Shown: one piece after another, positions 25,003-33,192 of the stretch
Numbering within the stretch: position 1 is the first letter of the stretch
Layout of the letters: every line of letters begins with the position of its first letter
DNA from: Gemmatimonadales bacterium
Lineage (GTDB): Bacteria; Gemmatimonadota; Gemmatimonadetes; Gemmatimonadales; Gemmatimonadaceae
NCBI GenBank assembly: GCA_038228795.1
Contig: JBBROY010000019.1
Coordinates: 2,905 to 66,904, forward strand
DNA length: 64,000 bases
Direction: 5' to 3'
The notes under the pieces: model-generated
The model's input: the letters and a program-made list of their open reading frames with translations, nothing else
Databases searched by the model: none
What the model was told of the DNA's origin: nothing
Program-made: the position numbers and the translations under genes

Positions 25003-25894
25003 GAACGCCTCGCCGGAGTTTGGCGCGCGCGAGCGCCTCCGCGATGAGCTGCTCATCGTCGAACGCGCTCCGCTGAGCGCACGCATCGCCGGCTCGTGGA
25101 CGATCGGCGAAGGAGCGATCGCCGCGACGATTCTCGTCGCGTTTGCGCTCGTCGCGCTTGCGCCGAATATCTTCGCGTCGGCGGGCGGGCTCGCCAGCGG
25201 AGGCGCGGCACTCGCGCCGCCCAGTGTCGCGCATCCGCTCGGCACCGACCTAGTCGGCCGTGACGGATGGTCGCGCCTCGCATTCGGTGCGCGGACATCG
25301 CTCACCGTCGGCGTGCTCGCGACCGTCATCGCGCTCACGGTCGGCGTGTTCGTTGGGGCCTTGGCCGCGCTCCTTGGTGGTTGGTGGGATGATCTCTTGA
25401 TGCGCGTCGCCGAGCTCGCCGATTCGATTCCCGCGCTGCTGTTGGCGCTGCTGCTCGTCACCGTGATGGGACCAGGACTGGTGCCAGTCGCGCTGGTGGT
25501 GGGGCTGACAGGATGGCTTGGCATCGCGCGCATCGTCCGCGCTGAGCTGCTGGTGGCGTATGCCACACCGTACGTGATCGCCGCGCGCGCGCTCGGTGCG
25601 GGGCGCGCCCGGCTCGCCATACGGCACCTCGCGCCCGAGGTGCTCGTGCCCGTGCTGGCGCTGATTCCATTTCGTATGGAGGGCGCGATCATCGTCGAAG
25701 CGGGTCTGTCATTCTTGGGCGTGGAAAACGCGGGGCGGCCGAGCTGGGGCGCGATGCTGCGGGATGCGCAGCCGCTGCTGCTCGACGCGTGGTGGCTCGC
25801 CGCGGCGCCGATGGCGGCACTGGCTCTTCTCCTGTTCGCGCTCGGCCTGCTGGCTGATCACCTTCAGCGCTCGCTCGATCCGCGGTTTCGGTAG
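24995..25894 (+). CDS. ABC transporter permease (NikC/DppC-like)
   Basis: HPLGTDLVGRDGWSRLAFGARTSL motif. Multiple TM helices. 8-nt overlap with the upstream permease. Confidence 0.88.
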   Translation: MTENASPEFGARERLRDELLIVERAPLSARIAGSWTIGEGAIAATILVAFALVALAPNIFASAGGLASGGAALAPPSVAHPLGTDLVGRDGWSRLAFGARTSLTVGVLATVIALTVGVFVGALAALLGGWWDDLLMRVAELADSIPALLLALLLVTVMGPGLVPVALVVGLTGWLGIARIVRAELLVAYATPYVIAARALGAGRARLAIRHLAPEVLVPVLALIPFRMEGAIIVEAGLSFLGVENAGRPSWGAMLRDAQPLLLDAWWLAAAPMAALALLLFALGLLADHLQRSLDPRFR

Positions 25895-25995
25895 CGGGGC
25901 TGCTGGCGCCAGACGCCCGGCGCGGTGTAACTATGTACCGATCCTGCGCCAATGCGGCGCGCGCCGTGTTCTGCCATCTCTTGCCTCATACGCCC

Positions 25996-26580
25996 ATGCG
26001 ATATCACTCCGCCGTGCTCGCGCTCTCGCTCACCGTGGCCGTCTCACTTCCGGCGCAGGGGGCAATGCGCGCCGCGCCGAGTGGTCGCGCGACGACTGAA
26101 GTCACGATCACCTTTGTGGATAGCGCGGCGCGCGCAGCCGCGCAGCCGTCGAAGATTCGCATCGACTATGGACAGCCGCATCTGCGCGGTCGCACGCTGC
26201 TCACCGATAGCCTCGTGCCGTACGACAAGGCGTGGCGCACCGGCGCGGGTGGCGCGACGATGCTCACGACAGATCTCGATCTGATCATTGGCGGAGCCAG
26301 CGTTCCAAAAGGCAGCTACGTGGTGCAGACCATTCCGGGCCGAAGCGGATGGAAGCTGCTCATTCAGAAGGAAGTCGGGCAATCGCCGATGGCGGCCGCG
26401 ATGACATACAACCCCGCCAACGACGTCGCGCGCATCGACCTGCGGCAGAGCACGGCGGCAGCGCCGCTCGAGAGCTTTAGCATTTGGCTGATTCCCTCGA
26501 CGCAACCGGGCACGCCGCACGGCGAGCTTCGACTGGCGTGGGGATCTTTCGCGCTCGCCACCGACTGGTCGGTCAAATGA
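25996..26580 (+). CDS. DUF2911-family secreted protein
   Basis: Signal peptide MRYHSAVLALSLTVAVSLPAQG. YGQPHLRGR...VPYDKAWRTGAGGATMLTTD...GSYVVQTIPG...WKLLI fits DUF2911. Confidence 0.6.
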   Translation: MRYHSAVLALSLTVAVSLPAQGAMRAAPSGRATTEVTITFVDSAARAAAQPSKIRIDYGQPHLRGRTLLTDSLVPYDKAWRTGAGGATMLTTDLDLIIGGASVPKGSYVVQTIPGRSGWKLLIQKEVGQSPMAAAMTYNPANDVARIDLRQSTAAAPLESFSIWLIPSTQPGTPHGELRLAWGSFALATDWSVK

Positions 26581-26667
26581 TTGTCGCGCGGCGGGCGACA
26601 AAATGCTGAGGAAAGATTAATTGCATCGCCTCTAGCGCGTTCGCCCGAGCATCGGTCAACTGTGCGC

Positions 26668-26952
26668 ATGGAGCGACAGCGATCTCGGGTTCGCGATGCG
26701 GAAGGCGTCGAGTGGAGTGTGCGGCCGGAGCACGTGCGCCGCACCGTGATCGACTTCGCGCTCCGGCGAAGCGATGACACGGTGGAGACTTTTCTCGTGT
26801 TCAGGTCGGCGTTCGGGGCAATTCGCCGGACGTTTCAGCCCGTGAATCACGACTGGCCGACGCTCGGCGCGGACGACCTGCTACGACTTCTCGACAGCGC
26901 GGCGTGGATCCATCCCCGGCCGCCCTTTCCACGATTGTCGGAGCAGAGCTAG
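26668..26952 (+). CDS. Hypothetical small protein (weak call)
   Basis: ORF only, with plausible non-Arg-biased composition in its second half. No recognisable motif. Confidence 0.25.
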   Translation: MERQRSRVRDAEGVEWSVRPEHVRRTVIDFALRRSDDTVETFLVFRSAFGAIRRTFQPVNHDWPTLGADDLLRLLDSAAWIHPRPPFPRLSEQS

Positions 26953-27025
26953 CCGAGCCGATCTGAGTATTGATTGCAGACGGTGTCAGCGAGCTCTCTG
27001 CTGCGCGGCATGAACCGCGGCTCCG

Positions 27026-28501
27026 TTAGTGCGTTGCGAACCAGCGTGCGATCGATTTCGTGACGCCGGTGAGCCGTGACTTGAGCTGCTCCTGCGCCGC
27101 TTCCCGCACCGCCTCAGGGTAGGTCGGGTACGCGTGGATCGTCGTCGCCAGCGCGCTTGCCTTCACGCCGTGCTTCATCGCGAGTGCGACCTCCGCGATG
27201 AGATTCCCCGCGCCGTGTCCCAAGATGTGTCCGCCGAGGATGCGTCCCGTGCGATCGGTGACGATCTTGACGAGACCACACGTCTCGCCGTCCGTGATCG
27301 CGCGATCGACATCGCCGAATGGCCGCCGCCACACGCGCACCTGATCGCCATGTCTGTCGCGCGCCTCCGCCTCGGTGAGCCCGACGTGCGCGAGCTCCGG
27401 CTCGGTGAAGGTGACCCACGGCACCACCCGGTAATCGGCCTTCGCGCGAAAGGGAAAGAAGGCGTTGCGTACGACGAGACCGGCCTGATATCCGGCGACG
27501 TGGGTGAATCGCAACCCGCCCGTGACATCCCCGGCGGCCCACACACCGTCGGCCGTTGTCCGCATTCCTTCGTCGACGACGATCCCCTCCTCCGAGAGCT
27601 CGACGCCGCCGACCGCCGCGTCGATCGTTCGCGTGTTGGACACGCGCCCCGTGGCGACGAGGAGCGCGTCGCCGCGGAGCGTCTCGGTACGGCCGTCGTC
27701 GTGAGTGATGTCGAGCGCGATGTCGGCGCCGTCGTCACCTCCAGCGCGCGAGACACGCGAGGCGCGCGCGCCCAGCACCAGCGTCACGCCTTCCGCGGCG
27801 AGCCGCCCGCGAAGTTCTCCAGCGAGCTCCTCGTCCTCGCGCGGCAGAAGTCGCGGTGACATCTCCACCACGATCGCGTGCGTACCGAGGCGCGCGAACG
27901 CCTGCGCCAACTCGAGCCCGATCGGTCCGCCGCCGAGCATGAGCAACGTACGCGGCTGGCGCTCGAGATCGAAGATCGTCTCGTTCGTCAAGTATGGAAC
28001 GGTGTCGAGACCGTCAAGCGCCGGGATCGCCGGCTTGGACCCAGTCGCGAGCAGCACGCGCTTCGCGGTAAGTGCGCGCCCGTCGGCGTCGAACGTGCGC
28101 TCTCCGGTGAAGCGCGCACGCGCGCGAATGACCTCCACGCCCATTCCCCGAAATCGCTCCGGGCTGTCATGCGGCTCGATGCGATGCTGCGCCTCGCGCA
28201 CCCAACTACGAACCGCGTCGAAGTCAATCTCGAGCGGCGGAACGCGGACGCCGAACCGGCCTGCGTCGCGCGCGGCGTGCGCGGCACGCGCGCAGGCTAT
28301 CAGCGCCTTGCTCGGCACGCATCCGGTCCAGAGGCATTCGCCCCCGAGCCGATTCTCCTCGACGAGTGCCACGCGCGCACCGAGTGCCGCCGCGGCCGCA
28401 CTGGCGACGAGGCCCGCGCTCCCGCCGCCCACGACGATCAGATCGAAGGATGCAATGCGTGATGCGGATGATCGAGCGGATTCGCGCGCGACGCGGCTCA
28501 T
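27026..28501 (-). CDS. FAD-dependent pyridine nucleotide-disulfide oxidoreductase (dihydrolipoamide dehydrogenase / mercuric reductase-like class I)
   Basis: DLIVVGGGSAGLV (FAD), redox-active GGECLWTGCVPSK, LLATGS, C-terminal interface HAYPTYPE. Confidence 0.88.
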   Translation of the reverse strand: MSRVARESARSSASRIASFDLIVVGGGSAGLVASAAAAALGARVALVEENRLGGECLWTGCVPSKALIACARAAHAARDAGRFGVRVPPLEIDFDAVRSWVREAQHRIEPHDSPERFRGMGVEVIRARARFTGERTFDADGRALTAKRVLLATGSKPAIPALDGLDTVPYLTNETIFDLERQPRTLLMLGGGPIGLELAQAFARLGTHAIVVEMSPRLLPREDEELAGELRGRLAAEGVTLVLGARASRVSRAGGDDGADIALDITHDDGRTETLRGDALLVATGRVSNTRTIDAAVGGVELSEEGIVVDEGMRTTADGVWAAGDVTGGLRFTHVAGYQAGLVVRNAFFPFRAKADYRVVPWVTFTEPELAHVGLTEAEARDRHGDQVRVWRRPFGDVDRAITDGETCGLVKIVTDRTGRILGGHILGHGAGNLIAEVALAMKHGVKASALATTIHAYPTYPEAVREAAQEQLKSRLTGVTKSIARWFATH

Positions 28502-29283
28502 TCGCGGGTGAGCCGCGCCAGGAAGTCGCGCACGCGCGCGGCATTGGTTCCGACATCGCTCCCGCCGACGCGCGACAGTGATCTTACATCGACAATCGAA
28601 CCCGCAGCGCCCGGACGCACCCGAATCACCACGTCATCCTTGAATCCGAACCAGCGCGTCGTGGCGGTCCCCTCGATCCGACCGGTTGCGGAGTCGGAGG
28701 CAGCCATCGCCCACCCCATTGCCTTCGCCGTCGCGAGCGCGCGCGCGAAGGCAATCGCCGGCGGCGCGTCGAGGTGAAGCGCGCGGATGTCGGGATACCC
28801 GCTGTGCTGGAGCGCGGCCACCTTCTCGCCACCGTACACGACGGGATTCGACGCTCCGGCGCGCAGTGGCAGCACCGCCACGAACGCCGGTGGATCGTTC
28901 GTGTCGGTGGAGATGTCGTGAATTGGCGGAACGCGTTTCGCATTCTGCAGCCATCGCCACGGGAGTACGAACGACGTACTCGCGAGCACGAACGCGACGA
29001 GCACCGCTGCCAGGCTGGCGCCGCGTGGGCGTGTGAACGCGAGCGCCAAGAGTGTGAGGGCGGCGCCTGCCACGCCGGCGTACGCCGCCCAGGGAATAAG
29101 TCCCAACCCCGTTTGAAAAGTCCAGAGTCCCATTCGTGTGCCAATACCTGATACGCCGAGAAGGAGAATGGCAATCAGCGCTACGGCGATCGCGAGTACG
29201 CGCAGTCTCAAGATGCCCCTCGACCGAAGAAGGTTCGAAGCCGGCTGTTCGATAGGACCGAAACATGCCATTGCTCGAACCAT
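28498..29283 (-). CDS. DUF1499-like membrane protein
   Basis: Three N-terminal hydrophobic helices, then a C-terminal VDVRSLSRVGGSDVGTNAARVRDFL motif. ATGA overlap with the downstream oxidoreductase. Confidence 0.55.
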   Translation of the reverse strand: MVRAMACFGPIEQPASNLLRSRGILRLRVLAIAVALIAILLLGVSGIGTRMGLWTFQTGLGLIPWAAYAGVAGAALTLLALAFTRPRGASLAAVLVAFVLASTSFVLPWRWLQNAKRVPPIHDISTDTNDPPAFVAVLPLRAGASNPVVYGGEKVAALQHSGYPDIRALHLDAPPAIAFARALATAKAMGWAMAASDSATGRIEGTATTRWFGFKDDVVIRVRPGAAGSIVDVRSLSRVGGSDVGTNAARVRDFLARLTRE

Positions 29284-29307
29284 GCGTCACCCTCCGCCGG
29301 CATTATC

Positions 29308-30156
29308 GTGAGTCGCCCACGGGCCGCGACCTTTCCGTCATCGTCGCAACCTCGTCGCTCGCCCTGGATTGCCGCTGCACTGGGACTCGGCGTAGCCGGA
29401 GCGCTCGTGTGGGCCGAGCGACGCCGGGCGCTGCGCTCGCGCTCGGCACCCACCCGCGAACGAACCGTGACGAATCTCGCGCTCGCCGGCGGAACCGCCG
29501 CGGTCGCGGCCCTTGCGATGACGCCGGCCGTGAGGCCGCTCACTCGATGGGCGGAGCGAGAGCGCGTGGGCGTCGTTCAGCAGCTGCGCGCGCCGGCGTG
29601 GCTCCGTGATGCTCTGGCGGTCATTCTCCTCGACTATACCCTCTACTGGTGGCACGTCGCGGAGCATCGGGTGCCCTGGCTCTATCGGTTCCACGAAGTG
29701 CATCACGCCGACCTCGACCTCGACACATCGACGGCGCTGCGATTCCATTTCGGAGAGTTTTTGCTCTCGATCCCCTGGCGCGCCGCGCAGATCGTCACGA
29801 TCGGCGTGTCGCCCAGAGCACTCGACATCTGGCAAAAGCTCACGGCGCTCTCAGTCCTCTTTCACCATTCGAACGTCGAGCTGCCGCTCGGCGTGGAGCG
29901 CACACTCGCCCGCGCGATCATGACGCCGCGCCTCCACGGGATTCACCATTCGACCGTCGCGCGCGAACAGAATTCGAACTGGTCGAGTGGGCTGACCATG
30001 TGGGACCGATTGCATCGCACGTATCTCGGCACCGTGCGCCAGCGCGACATCGTCATAGGCGTTCCCGCGCTCCGTGACCCTCGCGATGTCACCCTTGCCA
30101 AGAGCGTCGCGCTCCCCTTCACCGCCAAGCCGGCGTCGCGAAGTGCCGACGCGTAG
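29308..30156 (+). CDS. Fatty acid hydroxylase / sterol desaturase family membrane protein
   Basis: His boxes HVAEHRVPWLYRFHEVHH, LFHHSN and HGIHHS. Confidence 0.8.
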   Translation: MSRPRAATFPSSSQPRRSPWIAAALGLGVAGALVWAERRRALRSRSAPTRERTVTNLALAGGTAAVAALAMTPAVRPLTRWAERERVGVVQQLRAPAWLRDALAVILLDYTLYWWHVAEHRVPWLYRFHEVHHADLDLDTSTALRFHFGEFLLSIPWRAAQIVTIGVSPRALDIWQKLTALSVLFHHSNVELPLGVERTLARAIMTPRLHGIHHSTVAREQNSNWSSGLTMWDRLHRTYLGTVRQRDIVIGVPALRDPRDVTLAKSVALPFTAKPASRSADA

Positions 30157-30173
30157 TGTGGTGAAGGCCGCAC

Positions 30174-31250
30174 TCATGCGGCGCTCGAAGGACCGACAGC
30201 AGGTGAAGCCGCAACGGCACCGCCGCACGAGCTGCCCGCACCCGCCGTGCATCCGTAGCAGTGCGGTCCGACGATGATCGACCGCGATTCCAGCGCCTCC
30301 AACGTCGCGTCAAAGATCGTGCGTGGCATGCCGGTCCCGATGGGCAGCTCGAGCATCTGGTTGAAGTCGCAATCGTAGAGCGTGCCGTCGTAGCCGACCG
30401 AGAGCGTGTTCCGGCACATCACTCCCGCTGCGGCCGCCGGGTTGAACGCGTTGGCGAGGCGCGTCATGTATTCCTCCGTCTTGCCGCGCTCGTCCAGGAA
30501 GTCGAGAAAGCGGCTGATGGGCAAGTTTGTGATCGTGTAGAGATGATCGAACACGATGCCGTGCCGGCGCATCAGCTCGAGCTTCCACTGCGCTTCGAGC
30601 GCCTGCTGGTTGCCCGGTAGAAAGGTGCCGACCGGATTCGTGACGAGATTGAGGCGCAGCGCGGGGTCCGTGCCATACCCGAGCCCGTTCAAGCGCTTCA
30701 GCCCCTCGATCGACTCGTCGAACACGCCGTCGCCGCGCTGGGCATCGGTCTCGCGCGCCTGGAAATATGGAAGCGATGCGACGATCTCCACGCGATGTTT
30801 CGCCAGGAACGCCGGGATGTCGGCGTAATTCGGCAGGAGAATCGCGGTGAGATTACAGCGGTGCATCACCTGCGCGCCCGTCCCCGCCCCGCGCACGACG
30901 ATCTCGCGAAAATCCGGATGCAGCTCTGGTGCGCCGCCCGTGATGTCGAACGTCGGAATGCGGTAGCGTTCGAGAAAGGTGAGCACGGCCTCGATGACCG
31001 GCCGGGTCATGACCTCCTTCTTGTCCGGTCCCGCATCGACGTGACAGTGCCGGCACGTCTGGTTGCAGCGTTTGCCGACGTTGATCTGTAGGATGTCCAG
31101 CGCGGTTGGTCTCAGCGGGAACAGGCCTGCCGAGCCGAGCGCCGCCTCGAACGGCCGCGCGAGCGCCACTTCGGCCAGACGGGCGCGCTGCGCGCTGGCC
31201 GCCGAGAGCCGGGCGCCGCGCTTTTCCAGCGTGGGAAGAATGCGCGCCAT
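30174..31250 (-). CDS. arsS: ArsS-family radical SAM protein (arsenosugar biosynthesis radical SAM (seleno)protein family, Cys form)
   Basis: INVGKRCNQTCRHCHV (CxxxCxxC), GGAPELHPDF, C-terminal Cys-rich CYGCTAGAGSSCGG. The start shares one nt with the upstream stop (TAATG). Confidence 0.85.
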   Translation of the reverse strand: MARILPTLEKRGARLSAASAQRARLAEVALARPFEAALGSAGLFPLRPTALDILQINVGKRCNQTCRHCHVDAGPDKKEVMTRPVIEAVLTFLERYRIPTFDITGGAPELHPDFREIVVRGAGTGAQVMHRCNLTAILLPNYADIPAFLAKHRVEIVASLPYFQARETDAQRGDGVFDESIEGLKRLNGLGYGTDPALRLNLVTNPVGTFLPGNQQALEAQWKLELMRRHGIVFDHLYTITNLPISRFLDFLDERGKTEEYMTRLANAFNPAAAAGVMCRNTLSVGYDGTLYDCDFNQMLELPIGTGMPRTIFDATLEALESRSIIVGPHCYGCTAGAGSSCGGAVAASPAVGPSSAA

Positions 31251-31609
31251 TACATGCCGAGATCGTCGGCGTGATTGAGCATCTGCACGCCGTGCACCAG
31301 CGAGGCACCGCCGCGAATCGCCGCCGCGACGTGCACCGCCTCCGTCATCTGATCGATGTTCGAGCCCTTCTCCAACGCATCCTTGGCGTAGGCGTCGATG
31401 CAGTAGGGGCACTGCACAGCGTGGGCGACGGCGAGCGCGATCAGCGACTTCTCCCGCTGCGTGAGCGCGCCTTCGGCGAACACCGCGCCGTACCAGTCGA
31501 AGAACTTTTTCGCCAGCTCCGGGGCGCCGCGCCCGATCTCACCAAAGCGACCGAGATCGTCCTGGTGATAATAGGACGGGCGGTCAGCGGCGCGATGCGA
31601 ATCGGACAT
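31250..31609 (-). CDS. Carboxymuconolactone decarboxylase (AhpD-like) family, ArsS-associated peroxidase-like protein
   Basis: LIALAVAHAVQCPYCIDAY CxxC motif. AGGAG RBS lies 5 nt upstream of the ATG. Confidence 0.8.
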   Translation of the reverse strand: MSDSHRAADRPSYYHQDDLGRFGEIGRGAPELAKKFFDWYGAVFAEGALTQREKSLIALAVAHAVQCPYCIDAYAKDALEKGSNIDQMTEAVHVAAAIRGGASLVHGVQMLNHADDLGM

Positions 31610-31697
31610 GGAGCTCCTGATCGAAAGATGACATCCGAATGCCGCCACGACGACTTTGCATTATCGGGACCGCCGCTCCATCGCCTATCGTTATACG

Positions 31698-32360
31698 ATG
31701 GCATCCCGCGAAACAGACTCCTCTGCGCCACGATCACGTGCGCGGCGAACGATCATAGTCTTCGCGCGCGCCCCTCGCCTCGGCGAGGTCAAAACCCGGC
31801 TTGCCGTCGAGTTGGGAAACGAAGTCGCGCTCCAAGTCTATCGAGAACTCGCGGAGATCGCATTTGGTTCCGCCGCTCGGGCGATGGCCGATGAGGCCGT
31901 CGTCGCCTGCACGCCCGACACCGCGCTGCGCGAGCTGCGCGCGTGGACCGAGGAGAGTACCGGAGTGGCGATGCACTGCGTGCCCCAGGGCGCCGGGGAT
32001 CTCGGTGAACGACTCACGAGGGTGATCGACAACGGCTTCCGTGATGGCGCCGACGCGGTGATCGTCATCGGCACCGACTGTCCGGCGCTCACCTCCGCGA
32101 CGCTGAACGACGCTTTCGCTCTACTGGAGCAGGCGGATGTGGTGATCGGGCCGGCGCGCGATGGCGGCTATTACCTCATCGGCCTCGGGGCGCCGCATGC
32201 CGGACTGTTCGCCGGAATTCCCTGGAGCACGCCGGAGGTTCTCGCGATGACGATCGATGCCGCGCAACGCGGTGCGCTGCGGGTTCGCCTGCTCTCGCCG
32301 CTGGCCGACGTCGACACGGCCGCGGACTGGCAAACGTGGCGCGGTGCTATCGAACCGTAG
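31698..32360 (+). CDS. DUF2064 / TIGR04282-like glycosyltransferase-fold protein
   Basis: IIVFARAPRLGEVKTRL, IGTDCPALT, GPARDGGYYLIGL, PWSTPEVL. Confidence 0.75.
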   Translation: MASRETDSSAPRSRARRTIIVFARAPRLGEVKTRLAVELGNEVALQVYRELAEIAFGSAARAMADEAVVACTPDTALRELRAWTEESTGVAMHCVPQGAGDLGERLTRVIDNGFRDGADAVIVIGTDCPALTSATLNDAFALLEQADVVIGPARDGGYYLIGLGAPHAGLFAGIPWSTPEVLAMTIDAAQRGALRVRLLSPLADVDTAADWQTWRGAIEP

Positions 32361-33090
32361 GCGCTCGCTCCGCGCGATACCATCGCGCGAGGCGGCGCGG
32401 AGAAATGCCGACCGAATGGCCGAGCAACAGCATCCAGTTCAGGAGCGTGCGCCGAAGCACGCCCTGACGCTGCCAGCGCCGGGCGGAGACCGACACGCGC
32501 TCGGGGAGCGTTTGCACCGGAGCGGCACGGCGCAGCGCTCGCATCAACGCGACATCCTCCATGATCGGCAGGTCTTCATAGCCGCCAACTCGTTCGTAGA
32601 GCGCGCGGGTGAGTGCCAGTCCCTGATCGCCGTACGGAAGACGCATCCATCGCGAGCGGCGATTGGCGCCCCACTCGATGACGCGATAAGGCCAACCCGT
32701 GGCGTCGATGGCGAGCGTAAAAGCGGATGCCTCGTCGCCGTGGTCCCTCGCACGTGCGACCAGCCGCTCGAGCGCCCGGCAAGCGTCTGGCCCCATCCGG
32801 ATGTCGGCATGGAGAAAACAGAGGAATGGTGCACTGCATGCCCGCGCGCCGGCCGCGAGCTGCGCCCCGCGCCCCGCGGGCGTCACGACCACCTGCGCGC
32901 CGGCCGAGCGCGCCGCGGCAGCGGTGCCATCCGTGCTGCCGCCGTCGACGACCACCACGTGCGTGTCGATCGAGAGGGCGCGCAAATCGGCGAGCAGTGC
33001 CGGCAGCGCCTCGACCTCGTTCAGCACCGGGATGATGATGGCAAGTGCAGGAGACGCGGGTGGCGCCGGGGGAGGAGGCCGATCCATCAT
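32347..33090 (-). CDS. Family 2 glycosyltransferase (TIGR04283-like partner of DUF2064)
   Basis: LAIIIPVLNE...VVVVDGGSTDGT...FLHAD motifs. Its convergent 14-nt overlap is with the DUF2064 gene. Confidence 0.8.
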   Translation of the reverse strand: MMDRPPPPAPPASPALAIIIPVLNEVEALPALLADLRALSIDTHVVVVDGGSTDGTAAAARSAGAQVVVTPAGRGAQLAAGARACSAPFLCFLHADIRMGPDACRALERLVARARDHGDEASAFTLAIDATGWPYRVIEWGANRRSRWMRLPYGDQGLALTRALYERVGGYEDLPIMEDVALMRALRRAAPVQTLPERVSVSARRWQRQGVLRRTLLNWMLLLGHSVGISPRRLARWYRAERAPTVR

Positions 33091-33192
33091 CCCCGAACGT
33101 TACTAGCGGAAAGGCGTCCGAGGGAACTTCATCAGATGGCCTGGGATTCTGTCTGAACATCATCTCGCCACGAAGGGAGCGCGCGGATCGAT

